Shown here: one piece after another, positions 31,156-40,977 of the stretch
Numbering within the stretch: position 1 is the stretch's first letter
Layout: each line of letters starts with the position of its first letter
Assembly: GCA_963663385.2 (NCBI GenBank)
Contig: CAXXXD010000003.1
Location: 224,001 to 288,000 of the forward strand
Length of the DNA stretch: 64,000 nucleotides
Reading direction: 5' to 3'
Source of the DNA: Oceanispirochaeta sp.
GTDB taxonomy: Bacteria > Spirochaetota > Spirochaetia > DSM-2461
Notes under the pieces: generated by a model
What the model saw: only the letters and a program-made list of their open reading frames with translations
What the model was told of the DNA's origin: nothing
Database searches by the model: none
Program-made: the position numbers and the translations under genes

Positions 31156-31494
31156 ATGGATTTACAGGAAAAACTTGCCGATCTGATTATTTTGGATGAC
31201 CCCGCTGTCATCAGCAAAACCGCAGAAGTGCTGGAAGGATTGAAATACTCACCTGTTCTCCTCAGTGATTTTCCGGATTTCCTCAGAGTAGACAGCAAAC
31301 GCTTCTTTTCTGAAGTGGAACGTATGATCCAGGGTGGCTCTTCCTTAACTGAACTTCCGGAAGGGGAAACAGCCGAATCCTTCCTGGAGAAACAGGTATC
31401 CCTCCTTGTTTACCATTATAAACTGCTGAACCGTCTGCGCCGTGATGATACGGCCGCCTGGGATGAAATCAACGAGCTGATGGAAGATGATTAA
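31156..31494 (+). CDS. Hypothetical protein
   Basis: Strong RBS AGGAGG; operon-like spacing. Confidence 0.7.
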   Translation: MDLQEKLADLIILDDPAVISKTAEVLEGLKYSPVLLSDFPDFLRVDSKRFFSEVERMIQGGSSLTELPEGETAESFLEKQVSLLVYHYKLLNRLRRDDTAAWDEINELMEDD

Positions 31495-33208
31495 AATCAG
31501 AAAACTGGCGGGGAAGCTTCTGCTTCCCCTCTATTTTTATTTCACACTGTCCCTTATCCTGAGCAGTATTGTATCGGGATTTTTCGAACATTTTTCCTTT
31601 ATGCCTTTTGCTGAGATTACTGAGCTGATAAAGGATAACAGGAGCAATATCGAAACCATATTCAAAGCCGGTGAAGAGATGGAAGATTCCCCGGAAGTTC
31701 TGCAGAGTGAAATGAAGCTGGAAGAGGAGATTGCAAGCCGTTTCGGCGAAGAGGGACGGATGTCGGTGGAACATATCCTTTATGATAAATATCCCCTTTA
31801 CAGGACAAAATCCCCTGTTTTTTTTCTTTATCTTCTGATCCTGATATGGTTGTGGCCTGTATACAGGCATATTTTCAGCAGGGATACGGATACCCCCGAT
31901 CGGGCGGCCCGACGGGTGCTTAACCTTTCCCTTGTCCTTTTTATTCTTCCCTGGATAAGTGGTTTATGGGGATTGTTTGTCAAACTCCATTTCCGTTCTC
32001 TGGAAGGGTACGACTCCTCGGGAGCTGTGCTGGGGAACTTTCTGGCATCCTATCTGATGTACGGCAGCCTGGCCGGTTTTTTTAACTCCTGGTATACCTC
32101 CCGTTACATTAATAACGGGATTGCCCGGAAAGTTTTCAGGGGGGAACATGTTTTTACCCTGAAAAAAGGCCGTTCCCTGAATCTGACGACCCGGATGCTG
32201 CTCCTGATTTTTTCCTTGGGAATGATACCCCTGATTTTGAGTGTATATATTCCAGTGGTTTTCAATTTCTGGCTGTTTGAAGCCCTTTCCTCCAATCAGC
32301 CGGTAGATGTCATGGATGTGGGACGGATTGTGGGACCCGTACTTATTGTTGCACTGGTAAACTCCTTTTTTCTGCTCTGTCTGATTGCAGCGGTTTTCTC
32401 TTTCAAAAAGAATATCCAGTGGCCTCTGAACATTCTTATAGAAAGGATGCAGCAGGTTGCGAAAGGGGATTTTTCCTGTCGTTCGTCCGTTCTCTCTTCA
32501 GATGAAATAGGGAATATGAAAGGGCACTTTAATAACATGGTGGAAGGACTGGAAGAGAGGGAGAAACTGAGGGATACATTCGGGAAGTTTGTTTCAATCG
32601 AGATCGCCAAAAAACTGACGGAAACCCAGGGGATTGATCTGGCGGGGGAGGAGATAGAGACCACCGTCATGTTTGCGGATATCCGCAGTTTTACCTCCTT
32701 AAGCGAGGGGTACTCTCCCAGGGAGCTTATCGAATTCCTCAATGAATATTTTTCCTTCATGGTGAAACCGATTATGGAGAATGAAGGGGTTATCAATAAG
32801 TTTATAGGGGATTGCATAATGGCCGTATTCTCTCCGGTTTTCGGGTTGGAGAATCATGCGGAAGCGGCTGTTAAGGCCTCTCTGGCCATGCGGGAAGTAT
32901 TAAAGGAGTTTAACCGCTCCGGGAAATACCCTGCCATCCGGCACGGCATCGGGATTCATACGGGTCTTCTGATAGCCGGGAATGTGGGCGCGGAAAGCCG
33001 GAAGGAATATACTGTTATTGGAGACACCGTTAATGTGGCTTCCCGTATAGAGAGTCAGACAAAGGTTTACAACACGGATATTCTAATCAGTGAATCCACC
33101 TGTGATCTGTTAAGTCCGGACTTTCTGGGAAATATAAAAACCATGCGGAACGAACCGGTTATCGTCAGGGGAAAATCCAGGCCGATCACCCTCTATTCTC
33201 TGGGGTGA
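31487..33208 (+). CDS. Membrane class III adenylate/guanylate cyclase with HAMP domain
   Basis: MFADIRSFT, KFIGDCIMA, YTVIGDTVNVASRIES. Confidence 0.93.
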   Translation: MIKIRKLAGKLLLPLYFYFTLSLILSSIVSGFFEHFSFMPFAEITELIKDNRSNIETIFKAGEEMEDSPEVLQSEMKLEEEIASRFGEEGRMSVEHILYDKYPLYRTKSPVFFLYLLILIWLWPVYRHIFSRDTDTPDRAARRVLNLSLVLFILPWISGLWGLFVKLHFRSLEGYDSSGAVLGNFLASYLMYGSLAGFFNSWYTSRYINNGIARKVFRGEHVFTLKKGRSLNLTTRMLLLIFSLGMIPLILSVYIPVVFNFWLFEALSSNQPVDVMDVGRIVGPVLIVALVNSFFLLCLIAAVFSFKKNIQWPLNILIERMQQVAKGDFSCRSSVLSSDEIGNMKGHFNNMVEGLEEREKLRDTFGKFVSIEIAKKLTETQGIDLAGEEIETTVMFADIRSFTSLSEGYSPRELIEFLNEYFSFMVKPIMENEGVINKFIGDCIMAVFSPVFGLENHAEAAVKASLAMREVLKEFNRSGKYPAIRHGIGIHTGLLIAGNVGAESRKEYTVIGDTVNVASRIESQTKVYNTDILISESTCDLLSPDFLGNIKTMRNEPVIVRGKSRPITLYSLG

Positions 33209-33226
33209 AAGGTCCGCCTTGTCACC

Positions 33227-34687
33227 ATGGACAAAGAATTATATGATCCTTCTATGACTCAGAATCCAACTCCAGTTATCAAAGCCGGTCAGAAGGTCTG
33301 GCTTATCGGAATAAAGGGCACCGGAATGTGCGCCCTGGCAGAAATCCTTCAGTCCCGGGGAGTGGAGGTGTCCGGTTCGGATGTCCCCGAAGAGTTTTAT
33401 ACGGACACCGTATTAAAAAGCCTCGGCATCCCCTATAAAACGGAATTCAAGGCCTCTCATATAACTGATGATCTGGACTTCGTGGTCCGTTCCGCCGCCT
33501 ACGGTGAGGGGCATCCCGAGGTGGACGCCGCCGGGAAACAGGGCCTTCCGCTTCTGCTCTATCCCGAAGCGCTGGGACTGCTTTCGGAAAATGTTCCGGC
33601 GGGAGCCGTAAGCGGCGTGCATGGCAAGACAACCACAACGGCCATAACCGGCTGCCTTGTTCAGGCCCTGAACCTGCCCGGTGAAGTGCTGGTGGGCAGC
33701 GCGGTTCCCTCCTTCGGGAACCGTTCCACCCTGATTCAGGGGGGCGATTTCTTTATTGCCGAAACCTGCGAGTACCGCCGCCATTTTATGCATTTTTTTC
33801 CGGACCGTATGATCCTTACCAGTGTGGAGCCGGATCATCTTGATTATTTTAAGGATATGGACGATATCAGCGAAGCCTTTGTCTCCTTTATAGAAAAACT
33901 ACCGCAGGGGGGCACTCTGATATATTGCGGGGATGATCCCGGGGCAGCGGCCGCTGCAGAAGAAGCCCGTGTGAAGCGGAAGGACCTGAACTGTATTCCC
34001 TACGGTTTTTCCGTTGACGGGGCATGGGGTATTTCAAAGGAAGAAGCCGGAGAAGGGGAAAACCGGTTCCGGATTAACGCTCTGGATAAAACCTTTCGTA
34101 TACGGATTCCGGGAGATCATGTGATTCAGGATGCCGCCGCCGCTCTGGCTTTGGTATGTGATCAACTCAAATCCATGGGTATGGAGATCAATTCAAATGT
34201 TGCGGATCAGCTGGCTGAAGGAATCTATAATTTTACAGGAAGCCGCCGCCGCAGCGAGATCGTGGGAGAAAGGAAGGGTATCCTGATAATGGACGATTAC
34301 GGGCATCACCCTTCGGCGGTGCGAAAAACCCTGGAAGGGATCCGGGAGTTTTATCCGGGCAGGCGGATTGTTGTGGATTTTATGTCCCATACCTATACCC
34401 GTACAGCAGCTCTTCTGGATGATTTTGCCGCCTCCTTCGGGGCTGCCGACCAGGTTATCCTTCATAAAATCTATGCTTCCGCCAGAGAGGAGTATAGTGG
34501 TGCCATAACAGGCAAAGATCTGTATAATAAAACCTGCGGGCACCACAGGAATGTCCGCTATTTTGATGAGCCGGAGGAAGCTCTGCCTTATCTGAAGAAG
34601 GAGCTCCGTCCGGGTGACCTTTTTATTACCATGGGAGCCGGTAACAACTGGCCCCTGGGACGCAGTTTGTATAATGCACTATCCTAG
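33227..34687 (+). CDS. murC: UDP-N-acetylmuramate--L-alanine ligase
   Basis: IGIKGTGM, GVHGKTTTT, DHLDY, DDYGHHP, MGAG; start may be 33254. Confidence 0.93.
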   Translation: MDKELYDPSMTQNPTPVIKAGQKVWLIGIKGTGMCALAEILQSRGVEVSGSDVPEEFYTDTVLKSLGIPYKTEFKASHITDDLDFVVRSAAYGEGHPEVDAAGKQGLPLLLYPEALGLLSENVPAGAVSGVHGKTTTTAITGCLVQALNLPGEVLVGSAVPSFGNRSTLIQGGDFFIAETCEYRRHFMHFFPDRMILTSVEPDHLDYFKDMDDISEAFVSFIEKLPQGGTLIYCGDDPGAAAAAEEARVKRKDLNCIPYGFSVDGAWGISKEEAGEGENRFRINALDKTFRIRIPGDHVIQDAAAALALVCDQLKSMGMEINSNVADQLAEGIYNFTGSRRRSEIVGERKGILIMDDYGHHPSAVRKTLEGIREFYPGRRIVVDFMSHTYTRTAALLDDFAASFGAADQVILHKIYASAREEYSGAITGKDLYNKTCGHHRNVRYFDEPEEALPYLKKELRPGDLFITMGAGNNWPLGRSLYNALS

Positions 34688-34698
34688 GAGAAGAATAT

Positions 34699-35565
34699 AT
34701 GATCAGCATGACCGGATACGGTTACAGGGAATTTCAGAATGAAAGAGTACGATTCACCCTTGAAATCAAGACCTATAACAACAGATACCTTGATCTGATA
34801 CTGAATATGCCTGCCCCCCTTTCTCCCCTGGAAGCCAGGGTACGGAGCCTGATGAATGAAACACTGAAGAGAGGGCGTGTGGAAGTTTATCTCCGGATGA
34901 AGGAACTGGAGGAGGATCTTTCTCTTATAGTTGATCCGGCTGCTGTAAAAAGCTATGCGGAAACTCTCAGAGAGATTCAGGGTATAGCCGGTATTGACGG
35001 GGCTCTTTCTCTGGGGCACATCCTTTCCATGGACGGCGTTATAAAAACGGAAAAGAACCGGGATCTGGAACTTTACTGGGAGATCCTGAAGCCCCTGTTT
35101 GAGGATGTTCTGGAGCAGCTGATGGAAGACCGCCGCAGGGAAGGCGCCAGCACGGAGAAGGATATAATGGGACAGGTCGCTTTTCTGGAGGACCGGGTAG
35201 GCAACATTGCTAAACTGGCACCGGAGATGGAAAAGAACATTGACAAGTCCCTGCGGGATAAATTTGCGGAACTGCTGGAGGGACAGGTGGATGAAACCCG
35301 TCTCCTCTCGGAGATTGCGGTTCAGCTGGTCCGCTTTGATATCAACGAAGAGGTTGTCCGGCTGAAGACACATTTCGCCAGCTTCCGGGAAGTGGCGGGG
35401 CTGGACGAACCAGTGGGGAAAAAACTGGATTTTCTGTGTCAGGAGATCAACCGGGAAATCAATACGATCGGATCAAAGAGTACCCTGGTGGAGATAAACC
35501 GCTATGTGGTGGATATGAAGGATTCTCTGGAAAAAGTAAGGGAGCAGCTGCGTAATGTCGAGTAA
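34699..35565 (+). CDS. yicC: YicC/YloC family endoribonuclease
   Basis: SMTGYG, NNRYLD, GKKLDFLCQEINREINTIGSK, EQLRNVE. Confidence 0.93.
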   Translation: MISMTGYGYREFQNERVRFTLEIKTYNNRYLDLILNMPAPLSPLEARVRSLMNETLKRGRVEVYLRMKELEEDLSLIVDPAAVKSYAETLREIQGIAGIDGALSLGHILSMDGVIKTEKNRDLELYWEILKPLFEDVLEQLMEDRRREGASTEKDIMGQVAFLEDRVGNIAKLAPEMEKNIDKSLRDKFAELLEGQVDETRLLSEIAVQLVRFDINEEVVRLKTHFASFREVAGLDEPVGKKLDFLCQEINREINTIGSKSTLVEINRYVVDMKDSLEKVREQLRNVE

Positions 35566-36106
35566 TAAACCATTCAGGATAGCCATCTCCGGTAAAAGCG
35601 GATGCGGGAATACGACAGTTACGGGTATTCTGGCCAAACGGCTGCAGATAAAGATGATTAATTACACCTTTCATAATATTGCGGAGGACCGGGGGATCGA
35701 CTTCAGGGAACTCTGCCGCATGGCCGAGGAGGATCCCCAGTGGGACTACTTTGTAGATGAAAACCAGGTGAAACTGGCTATGGAAGGCTCCTCCGTTCTG
35801 GGGTCCCGGCTGGCTATCTGGATGCTGAAAGAAGCGGATCTTAAGGTCTTTCTGACAGCTTCATCCGAAACAAGGGCCGCCCGGATCCAGCACAGGGAGG
35901 GTGGCACTCTGGAGCAGCGGGCGGAAGAAACGGCCCTGCGGGACAGGCGGGACAACGGCCGTTACAAAAAGCTGTACCATATCGATAATGACGATTACAG
36001 TTTTGCCGACCTGATTATCAATACGGACCGTCTGGATCAGTATCACGTGGCCGATATTATAGAGGCTGCGGCGCTGGCTCTGATGTCTGAACGGAAAGAG
36101 GAATAA
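35555..36106 (+). CDS. cmk: Cytidylate kinase, type 2 (archaeal-like)
   Basis: IAISGKSGCGNTTV P-loop variant; RL motif; RYKKLYHID. Confidence 0.75.
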   Translation: MSSNKPFRIAISGKSGCGNTTVTGILAKRLQIKMINYTFHNIAEDRGIDFRELCRMAEEDPQWDYFVDENQVKLAMEGSSVLGSRLAIWMLKEADLKVFLTASSETRAARIQHREGGTLEQRAEETALRDRRDNGRYKKLYHIDNDDYSFADLIINTDRLDQYHVADIIEAAALALMSERKEE

Positions 36107-36112
36107 TATATG

Positions 36113-36163
36113 AAAAGGGTTGTTGCAATGGGGGATTCCAGTTACTGTTGTAACAACCCTTTT
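36113..36163 (+). terminator. Long hairpin/terminator after cmk
   Basis: AAAAGGGTTGTTGCAAT ... GTTGTAACAACCCTTTT. Confidence 0.7.
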
Positions 36164-36413
36164 CTTGATAGATAAGTATATCTTCTGTTTAATAAACGTT
36201 TGAAAAATAATCAGTTTATATCTATTCCTGAATGGATTATATTCTTTTTGTGAAATTGTTAAGACCGTAAAATTATAATTAATTCATATAAATCCCGATA
36301 AATCAGATTTTTGATTCTATTCTCATTGATAAGAATAATTTAGCTAATATCTTTTAATATAATGATATAAGACTATTAAAAAGAGAATCCCGCTTTTTAG
36401 GCAAATTTATAAC

Positions 36414-36459
36414 TTTACAAACAGGGATTTGTGTGATCATAATATGCATACGTATGCAT
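36414..36459 (+). promoter_or_regulatory. Promoter and LacI-type operator O1
   Basis: TTTACA-N18-CATAAT immediately followed by perfect palindrome ATGCATACGTATGCAT (36444-36459). Confidence 0.8.
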
Positions 36460-36502
36460 GTAAATTGAATTGTTTAATTAAAGTATCAAGAGGAATCATG
36501 AA

Positions 36503-37558
36503 ATGAGTGAGCAGATCAGGTTTTCACCGCAAAAGATGGAAGCCTTTATCTTTGAAATTTATCAAAAGGCAGGTATGAGCGATGACGATGCCCATACCTG
36601 TGCGGAATGTACCGTAAAAACAAATTTGTGGGGAGTTGACTCCCATGGAGTGTTGAGGACTCCAGCCTATGTTGACCGGATCCTGAAAGGTGCTGTCAAT
36701 GCTAAAGCATCGGTTCGTTTTCTGAAGGGTGAAGACGGTCCGCTGTCCCTGATGGACGGCGATGCCGGCATGGGGTATGTGGTCGGACAGAAAGCCATGG
36801 AGACTGCCATCTCCAAGGCCAAGACGTTCGGAATCGGCATGGTTATCGTAAAAAACAGCAACCATTTCGGTGCCGCCTCCCTTTTTGCCAGACAGGCGGC
36901 GGAAGTCGGGATGCTTGGACTGGTAACTACCAATGTTATTCCCAATATCGGGATGCCCGGCAACAAAAAATCCGTTACCGGAAACAACCCGATTGCCATG
37001 GCGGCTCCCATGGGCAAAGAGTATCCCTTCTCTCTGGATATCTCCATGAGTGCTGTAGCTGGCGGGAAAATCCTTCTGGCCCAGAAAAAGAATGAGAAGA
37101 TTCCCACAACCTGGGCGATTGATAAGGAAGGAAACCCCACGGACGATCCCATTGCCGGATTTGCGGGAATTCTGCTTCCCGCGGGAATGCATAAAGGACT
37201 GGGGATGTCCCTGTTTATCGACATTCTCACTGGTGTTTTAAGCGGAGGCCCTTTTCTGCAGAACCTGAAGAGCATGTATAAAAACCCGGATGATCCCAGT
37301 GAAACATCCCACCTGTTTATGGTCATGGACCCCGGTTTTTTCCTGGAAAAGGAAGAATTCGATGTCAGGATGAAAGAGTGGGCCCGTATGATCAAGGCCA
37401 CTCCCATGGCCGAAGAAGGGGCGGAGCAGATTATCCCCGGAGAGATCGAATATAACTGCGAGCAGCAGAGAAGGAAAGAGGGACTCCCCATTCCGTCAGA
37501 ACTGGTAAAGGATCTGAATGAACTTTCAGAGAAATTGGGAATGACCGCAAAGCTCTAG
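36503..37558 (+). CDS. Ldh_2 family NAD(P)-dependent oxidoreductase (YiaK/AllD/ComC superfamily)
   Basis: GVDSHG, NSNHFG, GNNPIA, HKGLG, IPGE. Confidence 0.92.
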   Translation: MSEQIRFSPQKMEAFIFEIYQKAGMSDDDAHTCAECTVKTNLWGVDSHGVLRTPAYVDRILKGAVNAKASVRFLKGEDGPLSLMDGDAGMGYVVGQKAMETAISKAKTFGIGMVIVKNSNHFGAASLFARQAAEVGMLGLVTTNVIPNIGMPGNKKSVTGNNPIAMAAPMGKEYPFSLDISMSAVAGGKILLAQKKNEKIPTTWAIDKEGNPTDDPIAGFAGILLPAGMHKGLGMSLFIDILTGVLSGGPFLQNLKSMYKNPDDPSETSHLFMVMDPGFFLEKEEFDVRMKEWARMIKATPMAEEGAEQIIPGEIEYNCEQQRRKEGLPIPSELVKDLNELSEKLGMTAKL

Positions 37559-37612
37559 GAAGCTGAAGCGATCCAGATAGTAATTTTTTTACAAATAGTG
37601 AGGTTTATAAAA

Positions 37613-38527
37613 ATGAAAAAGCAGACTAAATTCAAGTTAGACAAAAGAGACTCCATCTGGTTTCACGAGAACAGTGCGCCTGTTTGTGTCAATTATGCAA
37701 AAGAAGTATGTGACGTGGCCATTCTGCCCATCGGTGCCATTGAACAGCACGCTATTCATGCTCCCACCGGTATGGATACCTTCAATGCTATCGGTATCGC
37801 CGAAAGGGTTGCCAAAAAAACAGGCGCCATGATTCTGCCTTGTCCCATGTACGGATCACACCCCCACCACCACTGGGGAATGCCCGGTACCATTCCCCTG
37901 ACATATGAAACACACATCGGCCTGCTGATGGATATTGTTCGCGGTGCTGCTGTTGCCGGTTACAACAAGTTTATCATCATTTCCGCTCACGGACAGGTTT
38001 CTTCCATGATCGTAGCAACCCACAAACTGGGCATTGAAGGTTTCTTTACCATCTCTTCCACCTGGTATGACTTTCTAAGAGATGACAAAACCGAACTGGA
38101 AGATTATATGTGGCACGCAGACGAAGCGGAAACTTCCGTTGGTCTTTACATGTACCCCGAATGGATCAATATGGATCTGGTAGAAGACGGCGGCGGAACA
38201 GCTCTGGTTGATTCCAAATGGAAAATCGCCCCCGGTCAGGCTGCCGGTGCCGGTATGATGTATCACTTCGAAGGAACCTTCGGTCTCCCCGAAAAAGATG
38301 ACCTGGCTACGGGTGTAATCGGTAATCCCACCAAAGCTACCTACGAAAAGGGAAAAGCCTGTATCGACAAGGTTGTTGATCATTACGCGGAATTCATTGA
38401 AGAAGTAAAATCCAAATACCCCTGTGGAATCAATCCTCTGGGATTCAGAAACCCTATGGGATCCAACAACTCTCATAACATTGTGTACGATAGTGACCAC
38501 GATAGCAAAGGACAGCTGAAAAAATGA
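37613..38527 (+). CDS. Creatininase-family metallohydrolase, resembling 3-dehydro-scyllo-inosose hydrolase (IolN)
   Basis: PIGAIEQH..APTG.DT, YGSHPHHHWGMPGT, HGQ, HADEAETS; IolN likeness is recalled, not searched. Confidence 0.8.
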   Translation: MKKQTKFKLDKRDSIWFHENSAPVCVNYAKEVCDVAILPIGAIEQHAIHAPTGMDTFNAIGIAERVAKKTGAMILPCPMYGSHPHHHWGMPGTIPLTYETHIGLLMDIVRGAAVAGYNKFIIISAHGQVSSMIVATHKLGIEGFFTISSTWYDFLRDDKTELEDYMWHADEAETSVGLYMYPEWINMDLVEDGGGTALVDSKWKIAPGQAAGAGMMYHFEGTFGLPEKDDLATGVIGNPTKATYEKGKACIDKVVDHYAEFIEEVKSKYPCGINPLGFRNPMGSNNSHNIVYDSDHDSKGQLKK

Positions 38528-39351
38528 AATTGAAGGGTAAAGTTGCCGTTATTACCGGCGGTACCAAAGGAATAGGCCTCGGGATAGCTGAGGAATTCAT
38601 TAAGGAAGGTGCCAAAGTATGTATCGGCGGACGGGACCCTGAAACCGGCGCGGAGGGACTGAAAATTCTTCAGGACCTCGGCGGCGAGGCCATGTTCGTA
38701 CCCTGTGACGTGGCTAAGGTCTCTGATCTGCAGAATATACTGGATAAAACAGTGGAAGCTTTCGGCCGGCTGGATATTTACGTGGCCAATGCGGGAATCA
38801 ACGATTCCAATAAAACACACTTTCTGGATATTACCGAAGAGTCCTATGACAGAATCATGGACGTAAACCTCCGGGGAATGTTTTTCGGCGGACAGAGAGC
38901 CGCCCGTATTATGAAAGCCCAGGGCGAGGGGGGGGCCATTATCAATATGTCCTCCGTTAACGCTCACCTGGCGCTCGATTCCCAGATGGTGTATACCGCC
39001 AGTAAGGGAGGCGTTCAGCAGCTTACAAAAGTACAGGCTGTTGCCCTGGCCCCCTACGGGATCAAGGTTAATGCTATGGCTCCCGGTCCAATCGAAACGG
39101 ATCTCATGAGACGGGTTGGTTCGGACAAGCAGCTGATGGATACGATTATTTCCCGGACCCCAATCGGTCGTATCGGCACCACCAAAGAGTGCGGAAGACT
39201 GGCTGTATTCCTGGCCTGTGAAGACTCGGATTTTATCTTTGGTCAGTCTATCTACAACGATGGCGGTCGCGGTTTTCAGGCTTTTCCTAATCCCGGGTAT
39301 AAGACAGTAACCGATGAAGACTATGAAATCCTGATGCAGGCCAAAGGCTGA
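38524..39351 (+). CDS. Short-chain dehydrogenase/reductase (sugar dehydrogenase-like)
   Basis: TGGTKGIG, ANAG, YTASKGG, PGPIET. Confidence 0.93.
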   Translation: MKLKGKVAVITGGTKGIGLGIAEEFIKEGAKVCIGGRDPETGAEGLKILQDLGGEAMFVPCDVAKVSDLQNILDKTVEAFGRLDIYVANAGINDSNKTHFLDITEESYDRIMDVNLRGMFFGGQRAARIMKAQGEGGAIINMSSVNAHLALDSQMVYTASKGGVQQLTKVQAVALAPYGIKVNAMAPGPIETDLMRRVGSDKQLMDTIISRTPIGRIGTTKECGRLAVFLACEDSDFIFGQSIYNDGGRGFQAFPNPGYKTVTDEDYEILMQAKG

Positions 39352-39361
39352 TTCTTATCTA

Positions 39362-39447
39362 ACCCTCACTCCCGGCCTCTCTCAATCTCCCCAAAAGGGG
39401 AGAAGGCAGTATTGATACCCCTCCCTTTGGAGGGGCCGGGAGAGGGG
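39362..39447. repeat. REP-like branched palindromic element
   Basis: Outer CTCCCGGCC/GGCCGGGAG enclosing TCTCCCC-AAAA-GGGGAGA and CCCCTCC-CTTT-GGAGGGG. Confidence 0.55.
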
Positions 39448-39616
39448 AGAATTGTTTTAATCAGATTTTTCTTCCCTTCGCCATCCGGGCTGGTCGGAAG
39501 CAGGTTTTCTGCTTTGGTCATAAACCCAGTTTATTGCTTGAGTATGCATAAGACTCGCCCTTGTATTCGGAGAAGAGGGGGGGAAGGGTATCAATTCAAA
39601 AAAAGGTGGTATTGTT

Positions 39617-40660
39617 ATGTCTACTTTAAGAGAGAGAAATTTCAGACGTCTCCAGGAAAGTATCGACGGAGTCAAGTCGGATGCCCACGCGGTATTCAAT
39701 TACTATACATTCCCGTTTTTTCAATCTGTTACAGGTGTTAACCTGGATGACTTTTTTCATAAACCCGAAGTAGCCCTGAAATGTCAGATAGAGGCGCTTG
39801 ACCAGCTTGAAGGAATCGGTAATCCTGTTCCGGATATGGGTTCGGTTGCCGTATCAAGCGGTTTGGGGGGTATCGTCGGATTTGATGATGCCGGGTTTAT
39901 TCATGTTCAGCCCAATCCGGAAATTGCCGCTGCAACAACGGTGGATGATCTGGACTGGCTGGAGCCGGGAGATCCCTATGCTGACAACTATATGACCAGG
40001 GCTCTTGAAACCCTGCAGTACATGGTGGATAACTGCCCCGATAGGTATAGAGTTAATGCCCATCCCATTATGGGGCCCTATACGGTTGGAGCCAATATCA
40101 GGGGAATAAGTGATTTCTGCGCGGATACCCTGGTAGAGCCGGATCTGGTTAAGAAAATTCTGGATGTGGTTATAGAAACAGAGATACGGTTTTTAAAGGC
40201 CCAGGAAAAAATTCTGGGTAAACTCCATCATGTTCTGGTGGGAGATGACCTCTCAGCTTTTCTGAGCGAACCTGTTTACAGGGAATTTATTCTTCCGGGA
40301 TATCAAAGGATTTTTGCGGAATTTCCTGATACCCAACCCTGGCTGCATAATGATTCTACAGCACGTCATGTGGCACCGGCTATCGGTGATTCCGGAATGG
40401 CAGTCTGGCAGTATCATCCCGGTATATCTCCCCGGGATGCCTTTGAATTAACCAAAGGAAATGTTACTCTGCTGGGTGGATTGAGTCCTCTGGATCTGCA
40501 GAAATGGACCGTAGAAGAGACTTATGATAAGTGTATCGAAGTGCTGAAATCTTTTAACGGAAACAGTAAGTTTGTGCTGGCTGCGGGCGGATCAGTCAAT
40601 CAGGTGCCCAATGCAAACCTGATGGCCATGTTTAAAGCAGCGGACGATTTTAAAATCTGA
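39617..40660 (+). CDS. Uroporphyrinogen decarboxylase/MtaA-CmuA superfamily TIM-barrel protein
   Basis: MGPYT...RG, GDD...LS...EFILP, LHND, LLGGLSP, FVLAAG. Confidence 0.82.
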   Translation: MSTLRERNFRRLQESIDGVKSDAHAVFNYYTFPFFQSVTGVNLDDFFHKPEVALKCQIEALDQLEGIGNPVPDMGSVAVSSGLGGIVGFDDAGFIHVQPNPEIAAATTVDDLDWLEPGDPYADNYMTRALETLQYMVDNCPDRYRVNAHPIMGPYTVGANIRGISDFCADTLVEPDLVKKILDVVIETEIRFLKAQEKILGKLHHVLVGDDLSAFLSEPVYREFILPGYQRIFAEFPDTQPWLHNDSTARHVAPAIGDSGMAVWQYHPGISPRDAFELTKGNVTLLGGLSPLDLQKWTVEETYDKCIEVLKSFNGNSKFVLAAGGSVNQVPNANLMAMFKAADDFKI

Positions 40661-40977
40661 CAGATATAGCAAACAGGAAGGACTCCGCCGGACCGTGATT
40701 GATCAAAGGTCTGGCGGTATTTTTGTGTCCGTAAAAAGGTCTCATATCATTTTGAGGGAAAAGGTGAGGCCTGAGATCATTCAGTGAAAATGGATTTTTT
40801 CCAAACAACAGTAATAAAAAAGCTGCCGTAACGGTCAAGGAGTTGAATACCGGTACAGCAGCCAGGTTGTTTTTTTCATGCAGAGGCCTGGGCCTCTCCC
40901 CGGATCGCCGAACCGGGATATGACCGGATGACAGCACCCCCTTCCGTCCGGGGGGGGGCGGGGGAGCTCAGGGGGGG

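Noticed and set aside
39541..39551. AGTATGCATAA upstream of the UroD-like gene as an operator
   Set aside because: Only a half-site; could be chance
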